Shown in pieces: positions 46,201-55,952 of a DNA stretch of 64,000 bases. The notes under the pieces are model-generated. The model made no database searches, had not been told where the DNA came from, and saw only the letters and a program-made list of their open reading frames with translations. Made by a program: the position numbers and the translations under genes. Position 1 is the first letter of the stretch. Every line of letters starts with the position of its first letter. Origin of the DNA: Dehalococcoidia bacterium. Its GTDB lineage: Bacteria; Chloroflexota; Dehalococcoidia; UBA2979. Where the stretch lies: positions 2,464,001 through 2,528,000 of the forward strand of contig OZ244720.1 of assembly GCA_965219085.1 (NCBI GenBank), read 5' to 3'.

Positions 46201-47211
46201 TTACCCGCCGCCGAGCCCTTCGGCCAGCGCTTCGGCGTTGACTCGCATCAGTTGGACGTAGGTGCTGACGTCACCGGTGAAGGCGGCGGTGTAGAGCACG
46301 AGCACCTCCACGCCGGCCTCCTCGGCGATCACTTCCAGGGCGTCCGCGGCGAACTGCGGCTCGCGGTAGACCGCACCCACGTCGCGCCCGGCGACGATCT
46401 CGATGATCTCGGCGACCGCGCCCGCGCTCGCCTGCTGCGACGGGCTGGCCGGCAGGACGGCGGCAGCCAGATCGAGGCCGTACTCGGCTGCGAAGTACTG
46501 GAACGCGTCGTGGTAGACGATCAGGACGCGGCGCTCGGGCGGGATGCCGCTGATGATCGATCGCACCTCCTCGTCCAGGGCCTGTAGCTCGGCGAGGTAT
46601 GCCTCGGTGCGCGCCCGGTAGCCAGCCGCGTTGTCCGGGTCGGCCGCGGCGAGACCGTCGCTGATGTTGCGCACGTAGACCATCGCGTTCGGGACGGTCA
46701 GCCACATGTGTGGGTCGCCATCGGCGACGGCGAGCTCGGCGCCCGCGGGGCCGTCGGCCGCTGCGCGGTCCGCGTCGCCCTGGTCGTCGCCCTCAGCCTC
46801 CTCCTCGTCGTGGTCGCCACCCTTGTGTGGGGTGATGCCGGTGGCGGCGATGACGAGACGTGCGTCGTTCGGGATGTGCTCGAAGATGGTGTCGAGGGCG
46901 CCTTCCTCGAGGTTGAAGCCGTTGACGATGACGATGTCGGCGTCCGCGATGTTGCGGATGTCGCGGGTGGAGGCGCTGAACGTGTGCGTGTCCGCGCCGG
47001 CGGGGATCACTGCGACCACGGCGGCGTCGTCGCCGGTTATCTGCTCGGCGAAGTGGGCAAGGATGCCGGTGGACGCGACGACGTTCAGCGGTTCGCCCTC
47101 GGCGGGTGCGGCATCGTCGTCGTCGCCGCAGGCGAGTATGGCGCCGGCGATGAGCGCTACGGCCAGGAGCGGGATCGGTGCGCGCGTGAAACGGCAGAGT
47201 CCGTGTAGCAT
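46201..47211 (-). CDS. Zn/Mn ABC substrate-binding lipoprotein (cluster A-I)
   Basis: Lipobox ILAC, GADTHTF, DPHMW, HDAFQYF. Confidence 0.9.
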   Translation of the reverse strand: MLHGLCRFTRAPIPLLAVALIAGAILACGDDDDAAPAEGEPLNVVASTGILAHFAEQITGDDAAVVAVIPAGADTHTFSASTRDIRNIADADIVIVNGFNLEEGALDTIFEHIPNDARLVIAATGITPHKGGDHDEEEAEGDDQGDADRAAADGPAGAELAVADGDPHMWLTVPNAMVYVRNISDGLAAADPDNAAGYRARTEAYLAELQALDEEVRSIISGIPPERRVLIVYHDAFQYFAAEYGLDLAAAVLPASPSQQASAGAVAEIIEIVAGRDVGAVYREPQFAADALEVIAEEAGVEVLVLYTAAFTGDVSTYVQLMRVNAEALAEGLGGG

Positions 47212-47225
47212 GAGGCACCCTTAAT

Positions 47226-47294
47226 CGATACTGGGTCGCATGGTGCTGACGGAACGGTACTGGGTATCGCTTGGAGAGTCAAGACCCTGTATCA
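47226..47294 (-). promoter_or_regulatory. Promoter of metal ABC operon with three Fur-like 7-1-7 boxes
   Basis: Minus strand TTGACT (47282-47277), 17 nt, TACCGT (47259-47254); related 15-mers at 47226-47240, 47255-47269 and 47280-47294. Confidence 0.6.
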
Positions 47295-47359
47295 GTCTGA
47301 GTGTCGCGGCGGGGGGCCGCCGCCGGAGTCGCGGAGGGTCGCGCTGCGAGCGCGGCGAT

Positions 47360-47791
47360 CTACGCCGTGGGACTCGCCAGCGGCAGGCGGCAGTCGGAGC
47401 AGAGGCCGTAGACCTCCAGGCGGTGCGCCTGGATCTCGTAACCGGTGCGGCGGTGAAGCTCGTCGAGCAGGTCCTGGATGTCGCACGTCGCGAAGTCACT
47501 CATGGCGCCGCAGCCAGAGCACACGATGTGGTGGTGGTGTCCCTCGCTGGTGAGCCGGTAGCCGACGGTTCCACTCTCCATCACGACGTGGCACAACGCA
47601 CCGAGGTCCAGCAGCAGCCGCAGGGTGCGGAAGACCGTCGCGCGACCGACGCCCGGGGTGGCCTGCAGCAGCTCCTCGGCGGTGAAGTGATCGCCGAGGT
47701 CGCGCATCGCGTCGATGAGGGCCCGTCGCGGCTCGGTGATGCGGTGACCGGAATCGGCGAGGCGTATTTCGAGCGTTTCGGTGGAGACCAT
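47360..47791 (-). CDS. Fur-family regulator (probably Zur)
   Basis: R.T.PR, HFTAEE, ATVFRTL, HHHHIVCSGC, YGLCSDC; next to metal ABC genes. Confidence 0.9.
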   Translation of the reverse strand: MVSTETLEIRLADSGHRITEPRRALIDAMRDLGDHFTAEELLQATPGVGRATVFRTLRLLLDLGALCHVVMESGTVGYRLTSEGHHHHIVCSGCGAMSDFATCDIQDLLDELHRRTGYEIQAHRLEVYGLCSDCRLPLASPTA

Positions 47792-47909
47792 GGATGGTCC
47801 TCCTTAGGTCAAGTGAGATCGTGGCGCGTCCGGCGGAACCTGTCAACGAACGGAGGAAATCCGGCACAATGTGCCGCATGCGGGTGCGCGAGCGGGGCGG
47901 CGAGCGACG

Positions 47910-49139
47910 ATGACAGCAGCGCGATGGCGGATCGTGCTGTGGGCCGGCATGTTGCTGGTCGTCATCTGGGTCGCCTGGCAGGCCCGGTGGGCGTTGCTGC
48001 CATTCTCGATCGGGGCGCTGCTCGCCTATGTGCTGACGCCTGCCGTGGATCGGCTGGTCGGGCTGGTACCGGTGCGGTCGCGTCAGAACAACATCGTCCT
48101 CCGCGGATTCGTGGTGTTCTTCGTCTATCTCGTCATCGCGGGCCTGCTCGTGGGCGCGGGCGTTGCCATCGTGCCGGTGGCCGTGGACGAGATTTCGCAG
48201 TTCGTCGACCGTCTGCCGGACCTCATCGACGACTCACAGGTGCAGGTCAACCAGTGGCTCGAGGTCTACCGCGAGCGCGTGCCGGAGGACATCCGGGTGC
48301 GCATCGACGGGTACGCCGCGGACTTCGGCGACGATCTGGGTGAGCGCATCGCGTCCGCGGGAGCCCCGGTGTTCGAGTCGCTCACGGGTTGGATCGCGGT
48401 GATCGCCGGGTTCGTGGTCGTCCCGATCTGGATGTTCTACGCGCTGCGCGACCGCCACAACTTCGAGCGCAACTTCGCCGCCGCCGTCCCGGGGCCGGTG
48501 CAGCCCGACGTGCTGAACGCCATTCGCATCGCCGACCAGTTGATCGGGCGCTACCTGCGAGGACAGATCCTGCTCGGCTTCGTGGTGGGTGTCGCGACCT
48601 TCATCGGCCTGATGCTGCTGGACGTCAACCTGGCGATCGCGCTGGCGGTATTCGCGGGCGTCGCCGAGTTGATCCCGATTGTCGGGCCGTTCATCGGCGC
48701 GCTCCCGGCGGTGGTGATCGTCGCCGCCACTGACCCGGACAAGATCGTCTGGGTGCTGTTGCTGTACCTGCTGGTGCAGCAAGTCGAGAACCACCTGCTG
48801 GTGCCGCGGGTGCAGGGGCACGCGGTCGACCTGCATCCGGCGGTGATCATCATGTTGCTGGCGGTCGCCGGCACGGTATTCGGGTTCATCGCACTGATCG
48901 TCATCATCCCGCTCGTGGCGCTGCTGCGGGAGCTGTTCTGGTACGCCGACCACCGCCTCAGCGGGCTCGCGCCGGAGGAAGCCATGGCTCGCGCTCACGT
49001 CGGGCGACAGTCCGGCCTGGCGCCGGGGCCCGAGGACGAGGATGAGGAGGAGGCACCCGTGGAGGCCGCCGAGCCACCGGAGGGTGAGCAAGCAGCCGAT
49101 GCCGCTCGTGGCCCTGGCGGAGCAGAGTCGGGCGCGTAG
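47910..49139 (+). CDS. AI-2E family transporter
   Basis: LAYVL.P.V, YLRGQ, IPIVGP, QQVEN.LL.P, LHP. Confidence 0.9.
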   Translation: MTAARWRIVLWAGMLLVVIWVAWQARWALLPFSIGALLAYVLTPAVDRLVGLVPVRSRQNNIVLRGFVVFFVYLVIAGLLVGAGVAIVPVAVDEISQFVDRLPDLIDDSQVQVNQWLEVYRERVPEDIRVRIDGYAADFGDDLGERIASAGAPVFESLTGWIAVIAGFVVVPIWMFYALRDRHNFERNFAAAVPGPVQPDVLNAIRIADQLIGRYLRGQILLGFVVGVATFIGLMLLDVNLAIALAVFAGVAELIPIVGPFIGALPAVVIVAATDPDKIVWVLLLYLLVQQVENHLLVPRVQGHAVDLHPAVIIMLLAVAGTVFGFIALIVIIPLVALLRELFWYADHRLSGLAPEEAMARAHVGRQSGLAPGPEDEDEEEAPVEAAEPPEGEQAADAARGPGGAESGA

Positions 49140-49164
49140 CCCGGTCTGAGCTGCTGCCCGGGGA

Positions 49165-49995
49165 CTACGGCATCGAGCCCGCGAGGACGATCGGCTGCTG
49201 CAGGCTTTGCGACCCACCGACCGGCGCGGGCGTGATGGCGACCGAGAACGGGCTGAATTCGAAGTCCAGCTCGATCAGGACCTGCGCATCGCCCTCCGGG
49301 GTCGGCACGAACGTGCCGCCCGAGACCTCGTGGAAGCCCTCGATCAGCCACAGCTCGTAGACGGTGCCGATGGGCAGCGGCGGCAGCCGCCGCGCGATCA
49401 CGACGCCCGCGCCGAGCTCGGCGCTCCAGAGGTAGCGGCCGCTCGCGCCATGGCCGGCGGTCGTGCTTTCGAGTGAGGCCTCCTGCACGTCGGGGTCGGC
49501 GAGGATGGCGATGATGCGCTGCTGCGTATCGAGTGCCGTCTGGATCTCAGTGCGGATCGCGTCGTCACCGCCGCCCACGCGCTCGGTCTCGATCGCGTCC
49601 AGACGCTGCGTGTCGGCCACAACGGCTGCCGCCAGCGAAGCCGACTCCTGCTCGAGTGTCTCGATGGTGTGTTGGAGCCGCACACCCCACGTGACCGCGA
49701 CCGCGAGGACGGCGAACGTTGCCGCGACCGCCGCTACGCGGAGTAACGGGAGCCGCCGCCGGCGCGAGGGTCGCATCCGCTGCGCCGATTGCAGCATGCG
49801 TTCGCGCAACGCGGGATCCGTGCGGCGCAGTGGGGCCTCGAGGCCGATCAAATCCGCGATCTCGCGGTAGGCCGCGAGCCGCTCGGCGGCGTCGGCATCG
49901 GTGCGGATGAGGGCCTCCACCTCGTCCGCTTCCGGGCCGCTCAGCGCATCGAGCGCGTACGCGGCAAGCAGCTCCTCGCGCTCCTCGGACCTCAT
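49165..49995 (-). CDS. RskA-type anti-sigma factor
   Basis: LLAAYALDAL, one TM, LPPLP.G.VYELW, AIT..P.GGS..P. Confidence 0.85.
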   Translation of the reverse strand: MRSEEREELLAAYALDALSGPEADEVEALIRTDADAAERLAAYREIADLIGLEAPLRRTDPALRERMLQSAQRMRPSRRRRLPLLRVAAVAATFAVLAVAVTWGVRLQHTIETLEQESASLAAAVVADTQRLDAIETERVGGGDDAIRTEIQTALDTQQRIIAILADPDVQEASLESTTAGHGASGRYLWSAELGAGVVIARRLPPLPIGTVYELWLIEGFHEVSGGTFVPTPEGDAQVLIELDFEFSPFSVAITPAPVGGSQSLQQPIVLAGSMP

Positions 49996-50678
49996 GGTCT
50001 GCTTCCCGGCGCCTCTCCCGCGGCCTGGGGTCTCATCTGATCCAGCGCATCGCGCAGCTTCCGCATCGCGAGCCGGACGCGGGTCTTCACGGTACCGATG
50101 GGCGTAGAGGTCTGCTCGGCGATCTCGGCCTGCGTCAGCCCCGCGAAGTACGCGAGCTCGATCACGCGCCGCTGGGCCGGCGGCAGCTGCTCGACGGCGG
50201 CGCGGACGGCGGCTCGCTCGTCACCCAGCGCCGCCACGGCCGCGGGATCGTCGAGGCGGTCGGCGCTCTGTAGCGTCTGGATGGTCTCGCCGTCGGCGTC
50301 CTCCTCGCGCAGTCGGCGTGCGCGGCGGCGCTGCTCGTCGATCGCGCGGTTGCGCGCGACGGACATCAGCCAGCTCACGAACCGGCCACGCGAGGGGTCG
50401 TAGAGGCGCGGACGCCGCCAGAGACGCAGGAAGACTTCCTGCGTCATGTCCTCGGCGAGGCCCTGGTCGTGGAGCACGCGCAGCGCGACGGAGTAGACGA
50501 GCGTTGAGTAGCGGTCGTAGAGCTGCTCGAGCGCATCGATCTGCCCTGAGCGGAGATGCCTCAGGAGCTGCTCGTCGGTTGCCGGTATGCGTTGCCGCGA
50601 CTCGACTGCCTGGCGTTCGGCTCGTGCCGCGGCGAGGGAGGCTGGGATGCGGGCTGCTCGGGAGTGTGCTTCGGCCAT
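49992..50678 (-). CDS. ECF sigma factor (SigK-like)
   Basis: LYDRYS, AED.TQEVF..LW, RNRAID, LAYF.GLTQ.EIA, GTVKTR.R. Confidence 0.92.
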   Translation of the reverse strand: MAEAHSRAARIPASLAAARAERQAVESRQRIPATDEQLLRHLRSGQIDALEQLYDRYSTLVYSVALRVLHDQGLAEDMTQEVFLRLWRRPRLYDPSRGRFVSWLMSVARNRAIDEQRRRARRLREEDADGETIQTLQSADRLDDPAAVAALGDERAAVRAAVEQLPPAQRRVIELAYFAGLTQAEIAEQTSTPIGTVKTRVRLAMRKLRDALDQMRPQAAGEAPGSRP

Positions 50679-50776
50679 ACGGCCCCCCGATCCGTGCGGG
50701 AAGGCGAGCATATTGTACCTCGCCCGCCATAACGTCTAGCACCCAATACGCGATTGGAGCCGGGAACGTTCCGAGG

Positions 50777-51610
50777 TCAGACCGCCGCGCCCGTCGCGAA
50801 CAGGAGCCCGCGCGCCAGGATCTCACCGGTGAACACCGCGCCGACCGTGATGTAGAGGAGGCCGGTGGCCGCCATCATGCCGCGGATCGCGGCCGCTCTC
50901 CACGCGAGCCACGCGAGCACGCCGGGGAAGATCAGGCCGACACCGATGCGGAACCAGAACGCCGGGTTCTCGCCTAGCTCGACCCCGAACGCGGTCTGCG
51001 TGAGCGGCACCTCGCGCACCGGCGCGGCTGCCGCGACGATGGCGAACGCCGCCTGCGCCACGAGCGCGCCGAGCACCACGAGCGACATCTGCTCGAGCGG
51101 CTCCTTCGGCAGCCCGGAGTTCGTCAGGTACCAGTGCCCCCAGCTCATCGCCATCATCGAGCCGCCGAGGGCGATCGCCGCCGCAAGCATGCTCCCCAGT
51201 ACGCCGGCGTAGGACCACGCCGGACCGGCGACCAGCGCAGCGAGGATCGCGAGCGTGACCGCGCCGGCCACGCCGCCGGCGATGCCCGAGACCCGCGCCG
51301 CGTGCATGCGCTCGGCGAACGCGGCGACGAGGTTGACGACGGCGATGGCCGTGAAGACGAGCAGCGCTACCCGCAGCACGTCGATCGCACCCGCGCGCAG
51401 CGTGAAGCCGTCGATCACATCGACCGGGGTGATCGTGACGGCAACGACGATGGCGAGCAGCAGCGTGGGGACGACGACCACGCCGCCCATCTGGACGTAG
51501 CCGTGCGTGATCTGGCCGCGCCGCTCGAACCAGGTGACGAACACGAGCGATCCGGCGGCGAACTCGACCAGCAGGATGAGGACGGTGTAGGGCAGCGTGT
51601 CGGCGCTCAC
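50777..51610 (-). CDS. Polytopic membrane protein of unknown function (GHWYL motif)
   Basis: About 8 hydrophobic helices; AMSWGHWYL, ATGLLY...GE. Confidence 0.7.
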   Translation of the reverse strand: MSADTLPYTVLILLVEFAAGSLVFVTWFERRGQITHGYVQMGGVVVVPTLLLAIVVAVTITPVDVIDGFTLRAGAIDVLRVALLVFTAIAVVNLVAAFAERMHAARVSGIAGGVAGAVTLAILAALVAGPAWSYAGVLGSMLAAAIALGGSMMAMSWGHWYLTNSGLPKEPLEQMSLVVLGALVAQAAFAIVAAAAPVREVPLTQTAFGVELGENPAFWFRIGVGLIFPGVLAWLAWRAAAIRGMMAATGLLYITVGAVFTGEILARGLLFATGAAV

Positions 51611-51722
51611 GGGGCGAGCTTGGGCGCATCAGCCGTCCCGGTCAACGCGCCCGCAACCGGCGGCTTGCAGGCGGGGAAGCGGCAGATTGACAGGCCGGGC
51701 GCCGCGCGCCAACGATCGCGCC

Positions 51723-52235
51723 GTGCCACCCTCGACCCGCCGCTACGGCTCGAATCAGCGCTGGCTCATGAAGGCGCTACGCGAGGTCGCCCACGAGGTC
51801 GGGCAGCTGGTCTCCGGCCTGCCCGACGACGCGCTGCGGCGCCACCCTCCGGGCGAGGGGCTGCGTGAGCAGTGGTCGATCGTCGAGACCGTCGGCTTCC
51901 TGCGCGACTCGGAGCGCGAGGACCTGCGCGCGGTGCAGGCCATGCTGCAGCGCGACGGCGCGCGGCTGCCGGAGCGGCGCGCCCACCTGCTGCCTGCCGA
52001 GGGCAGCTATGAGTCGGCCGGGCTGCACGACCTGCTGTGGGACTTCGCAACGCTGCGCGAGCAGCTGCTGTGGGAGCTCGAGTGGGCCGGGCCCGGCTGG
52101 GAGCGCCGCGGCGTCCACCCGTACCGCGGCGAGGTGTCGCTCCCGGACTACGTGCACGAGATCAACGAGCGCGACCTCGACGCGATGTGGAACCTGCGGC
52201 GGCTGCGCGAGGAGGCCGAGGCGGTGGCCTTGTAG
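51723..52235 (+). CDS. DinB-family protein
   Basis: WSIVE.VG.LRD.E, F..LR, W.R.G.HP..G; start approximate. Confidence 0.7.
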   Translation: MPPSTRRYGSNQRWLMKALREVAHEVGQLVSGLPDDALRRHPPGEGLREQWSIVETVGFLRDSEREDLRAVQAMLQRDGARLPERRAHLLPAEGSYESAGLHDLLWDFATLREQLLWELEWAGPGWERRGVHPYRGEVSLPDYVHEINERDLDAMWNLRRLREEAEAVAL

Positions 52236-52303
52236 CGGCGTCCGGGGAGCGCGCGTAACGGGCGGCCTCTCTACGCTGTCGCCTGCGCTGGTGAGGGGCC
52301 ACG

Positions 52304-53386
52304 GTGGGCGACGACGCAGCACTGGACGACGCCGCGAGGCGTGCCGCGACCGACTCGGGCGCGTTCTGGAAGCTCGTCGCCGGTCTCCCCGAGCAGGCCG
52401 CCGAGGCCTGGGACGCCGGCCGTGCCTGGGCAGGCGCGCAGTCCCTGCCGACGCCACGCCGCGTCGTGTTCGCCGGTATGGGCGGCTCCGGTATCGGCGC
52501 GGAGATGGTCGCGGCGCTCGGCTCGACCCGTACCACGACGCCCATCGAGGTGGTGCGCGACTACGTCCCGCCCGCCCTCGACGCCGATTCGCTGTTCGTC
52601 GCCTGCTCGTTCTCCGGGAACACGGAGGAGGTGCTCGCGGCGTTCGAGGCGGCGGGCGCGCAGGGCGCGACGCGGGTTGCCATCACCACGGGCGGGAAGC
52701 TCGCTGAGCATGCCGCTCGTGCGGGTGTGCCGACGTTCACGTTCGCCTTCGACGGTCCGCCGCGCACCGCGCTCGGCTACGGCCTGCTCCCGCTGCTCGC
52801 GCTGCTGCGCCGCGCGGGTGTGCTCCGCGTGGAGGACGAGGAAGTCGCAACGGCGATCGAGGTGCTTGCGCGTTGCGGCGAAGCGGCCGCGCCGGACGTG
52901 GCCGCGTCCTCGAACCTGTCCAAGCAGATCGCCCAACGGCTGGCCGGGCGCATCCCGGTCATCGTGGGTCCGGGCGTGCTCGGTGTGGCCGCCTCGCGCT
53001 GGGCGGGTGTGATCCCCGAGAACGCGAGCCAGTGGGCGCTGTCGGCGGAGCTGCCGGAACTCGACCACAACCTCGTCGCGGGCTTCGCGCTGCCGCCGGC
53101 GGCGCGGGAGCAACTGCACGTCGTGCTGCTCGACGGCACGGGTGTGCACCCGCGCAACCGCCGTCGCGTGGACGTCACCGCGACAGAGCTTCAGCGCGCG
53201 GGCGTCTCCTGCGAGATCGTGCACGTCGAGGGCTCCGGCGGCCTCGACTCGATGCTGCACGCCGCGTACATCGGCGACTGGGCGTCGTACTACCTCGGCC
53301 TGCTCAACGGCGTCGACCCGTTCGAGGTGGCGCCCATCGGCCGCGTGAAGGCCGCGCTTGCCGCGCCCGACGGCCCGATCGCGTAG
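52304..53386 (+). CDS. Bifunctional phosphoglucose/phosphomannose isomerase (SIS)
   Basis: GMGGSG, SFSGNTEE, TTGG.L, PR.A, EN, PELDHN, VDP...I...K. Confidence 0.88.
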   Translation: MGDDAALDDAARRAATDSGAFWKLVAGLPEQAAEAWDAGRAWAGAQSLPTPRRVVFAGMGGSGIGAEMVAALGSTRTTTPIEVVRDYVPPALDADSLFVACSFSGNTEEVLAAFEAAGAQGATRVAITTGGKLAEHAARAGVPTFTFAFDGPPRTALGYGLLPLLALLRRAGVLRVEDEEVATAIEVLARCGEAAAPDVAASSNLSKQIAQRLAGRIPVIVGPGVLGVAASRWAGVIPENASQWALSAELPELDHNLVAGFALPPAAREQLHVVLLDGTGVHPRNRRRVDVTATELQRAGVSCEIVHVEGSGGLDSMLHAAYIGDWASYYLGLLNGVDPFEVAPIGRVKAALAAPDGPIA

Positions 53387-53414
53387 CGGCAGACTCGACG
53401 CCCCCAGTCGTGAC

Positions 53415-53603
53415 CTACGGCTCGAAGATCGCCTCGATGGGTCGATCGAAGAGGGCGGCGATGCGGAAGGCGAGGGGGAGGCTCGGGTCGTACTTGCCGG
53501 TCTCGATGGAGTTCACGGTCTGACGGCTGACCTCGAGCTCGCGCGAGAGGTCGGCCTGCGTCCATCCCCGCTCGGCGCGCAGCTCGCGGAGAGTGTTCTT
53601 CAC
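53415..53603 (-). CDS. XRE/Cro-family HTH regulator (62 aa)
   Basis: KN.LRELR...WTQ.DL...VSRQT.N.IE.GKY.PSL.LAF. Confidence 0.92.
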   Translation of the reverse strand: MKNTLRELRAERGWTQADLSRELEVSRQTVNSIETGKYDPSLPLAFRIAALFDRPIEAIFEP

Positions 53604-53992
53604 AGCCAGCGCTTCCTCGCGAGCCAGCCGCCGAGGATCCAGAGGCTGGCCATGATCGGCCACACCCACCACCAACTGATGCGCGGCAGGCCGGCCTGGT
53701 CGAGGAAGCCGTACGCGAGCGTGATGAGCGCCGTGCCACCGAACGCGAACGCGAGCGCCTCGAGGGCTATGCGCTGCTGGAGTTCGTCGCTGCTCCTCAA
53801 GAAGCGCACATAGGACACTACGACGAAGGTCGCCGGGATCATGGGGAGTGGGGCGATGGCATACCGCCACCCGGCGTCCTGATTGGTGTTCACGATGAAC
53901 CCGCAGACCCCGAGCAGAATCGCATACGCAAGAATCGCTACGAGGAATTCGCGGTTGAAGCGTCTCTTCGCAGTGTCGTGCCCGGTAGTCAT
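53600..53992 (-). CDS. Small 4-TM membrane protein coupled to the XRE gene
   Basis: DELQQRI.LEA motif, four TM helices, GTGA overlap. Confidence 0.8.
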   Translation of the reverse strand: MTTGHDTAKRRFNREFLVAILAYAILLGVCGFIVNTNQDAGWRYAIAPLPMIPATFVVVSYVRFLRSSDELQQRIALEALAFAFGGTALITLAYGFLDQAGLPRISWWWVWPIMASLWILGGWLARKRWL

Positions 53993-54023
53993 CTGGTCCC
54001 CTTGATCCGTGCATCCTCTCGGC

Positions 54024-54070
54024 AGTCAAGTCTCCTTTACACGTCGAGCGATTGTCAAGTGGCCTTGACA
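54024..54070. promoter_or_regulatory. Tandem palindromic operators TGTCAAG-N4-CTTGACA
   Basis: Perfect 7-4-7 inverted repeat at 54053-54070 and a 2-mismatch copy at 54024-54041. Confidence 0.7.
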
Positions 54071-54163
54071 TGCCGACGGAGCGGCCGGGGGTCAGTCGAG
54101 GGTGGGCGACGGCGATCGTACCCTGTGCGGCATGGCGTCGAGGACTGACGACGAGGCTCGGCC

Positions 54164-55930
54164 GTGAGCGTTGATGCGTGGCTGACCCTCGCGGTCATCG
54201 CGGTCACGGTCGTGGTGATGCTGCGCGGGCTCGCGCCGCCCTCGCTGGCGCTGCTCGGCGCAGCGGTCGTGCTCATGGCGGCGGGGGTGACCGAGCCCGA
54301 GCAGGCCCTCTCCGGGTTCGCCAACCCCGCGCCGTTCACCGTCGGCGCGCTGCTGGTGGTGGCGCGCGCGGTGCACGAGACGGGCGCCCTCGCGCCGGCG
54401 CTCTCGACGATGCTTGGCGGCGGGCGCAGCTTCCTGCAGGCAGGCGTGCGCCTGCTGGCGCCGACGGCGGCCGCCTCGGCGTTCCTCAGCAACACCTCGA
54501 TCGTCGCGATCCTGACGCCGGCCGTCCTGGAGTGGAGCGACCGGCAGGGCATGCCGCCGTCGCGCTACCTGATGCCGCTCTCCTTCGCTGCCGTGCTCGG
54601 CGGGACGATGACCGTGCTCGGCACCTCGACGAACGTGGCGGTGGCCGGGCTGGTCGAGAGCGCGGGGATGGCGCCGATCGGGCTCTTCGAGGTGGCGAAG
54701 CTCGGACTGCCGCTGACCGTCGTGGGCCTCGTCGTCATCGTCGTGCTGGCGCCGCGCGTGCTGCCACCGCGCGCCGGCCCGCGCGCGAGCCTCGGCGCCG
54801 GGTCCCGGGAATACACCATGGAAATGGTGGTCGAGTCCGGCGGCCCGCTCGAGGGCGCCGAGGTCGAGTCGGGCGGCCTGCGCAGCCTGAACGGCGTCTA
54901 CCTCGTGGAACTTGAGCGCCCCGGCTACACCATCGCGCCGGTGTCGCCGCGGACGGTGCTGCGCGGGGAGGACCGCCTGCGCTTCGTCGGGCGCGTCGAC
55001 GACGTTGTGGACCTCCACACCATCGACGGGCTGCGGTCGAGCGAGGACGGGCAGCTGGCGCAACTCGGCACCGACACGGGCGCGATCTACGAGGTGGTGC
55101 TGGGGCAGTCGTCGCCGGTGGTGGGGCAGACGATTCGCGACTCGGAGTTCCGTGGCCACTACCAGGCTGCCGTGCTGGCCGTGCACCGCGCCGGGCGCCG
55201 CATCGACGCGAAGCTTGGCGACGTGCAGATGCGCGTCGGCGATACGTTGCTGCTGATCGGTGACGATGACTTCGAGAGCCAGTGGGGCGAACAGCCCGAC
55301 TTCTTGCTGGTATCGGGCGTTGGTGAGCTCGCGCGCCGCGGCGTGCAGCGCCGCGCGCTGGTGGTCGCGCCGCTCGTCGCCGCGATGGTGGTGCTGGCCG
55401 CGACGGACGTCCTGACGCTGCTCGAGGCGGCCCTGCTGGCAGCGCTGGCGGTGGTCGCGCTGCGCGTGCTGACCCCGATCCAGGCGCGGAACGCGATCGA
55501 TCTCGACATCGTGGTGACGATCGCCTCGGCGTTCGGGCTCGCTGCGGCTATCCAGCAGTCCGGCCTCGCTGATCAGTTCGCGATGGGCATCGTCGACGTG
55601 TTCGATGGCCTCGGGCCGCGCGGCGTGCTGCTCGGCCTCGTGCTCGCCACGATCGTGCTCACGGAGCTGGTCACGAACAGCGCGGCGGCCGTGCTCATGT
55701 TCCCGGTCGCAGTCGCCGCCGCGCAGGCGACGGGGCTTGACCCGCGCAGCACGGCGATCGCCATCGCGATCACCGCGTCGGCGTCGTTCCTGACGCCGAT
55801 CGGCTACCAGACGAACATCATGGTCTACGGGCCGGGGGGCTATCGGTTCCCGGACTACGCGCGGCTCGGCGCACCGTTATCGCTCACGGTGATCATCGTC
55901 GTCGTGCTGGCGACGCCTGTGTTCTGGTAG
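54164..55930 (+). CDS. SLC13/CitMHS permease with two TrkA-C domains (probable sulfate uptake)
   Basis: SAFLSNT, LGG..T.LGTSTN, TELVTN.A, F.TPIGYQTN.MVYGPGGY.F.DY. Confidence 0.88.
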   Translation: MSVDAWLTLAVIAVTVVVMLRGLAPPSLALLGAAVVLMAAGVTEPEQALSGFANPAPFTVGALLVVARAVHETGALAPALSTMLGGGRSFLQAGVRLLAPTAAASAFLSNTSIVAILTPAVLEWSDRQGMPPSRYLMPLSFAAVLGGTMTVLGTSTNVAVAGLVESAGMAPIGLFEVAKLGLPLTVVGLVVIVVLAPRVLPPRAGPRASLGAGSREYTMEMVVESGGPLEGAEVESGGLRSLNGVYLVELERPGYTIAPVSPRTVLRGEDRLRFVGRVDDVVDLHTIDGLRSSEDGQLAQLGTDTGAIYEVVLGQSSPVVGQTIRDSEFRGHYQAAVLAVHRAGRRIDAKLGDVQMRVGDTLLLIGDDDFESQWGEQPDFLLVSGVGELARRGVQRRALVVAPLVAAMVVLAATDVLTLLEAALLAALAVVALRVLTPIQARNAIDLDIVVTIASAFGLAAAIQQSGLADQFAMGIVDVFDGLGPRGVLLGLVLATIVLTELVTNSAAAVLMFPVAVAAAQATGLDPRSTAIAIAITASASFLTPIGYQTNIMVYGPGGYRFPDYARLGAPLSLTVIIVVVLATPVFW

Positions 55931-55952
55931 CGGCCAGCGAGGGACGCGCCGC

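Noticed and set aside
50764-50773. GGAACGTTCC palindrome as another SOS box
   Set aside because: No 4-nt spacer between GAAC and GTTC; may be an ECF promoter element but unsupported
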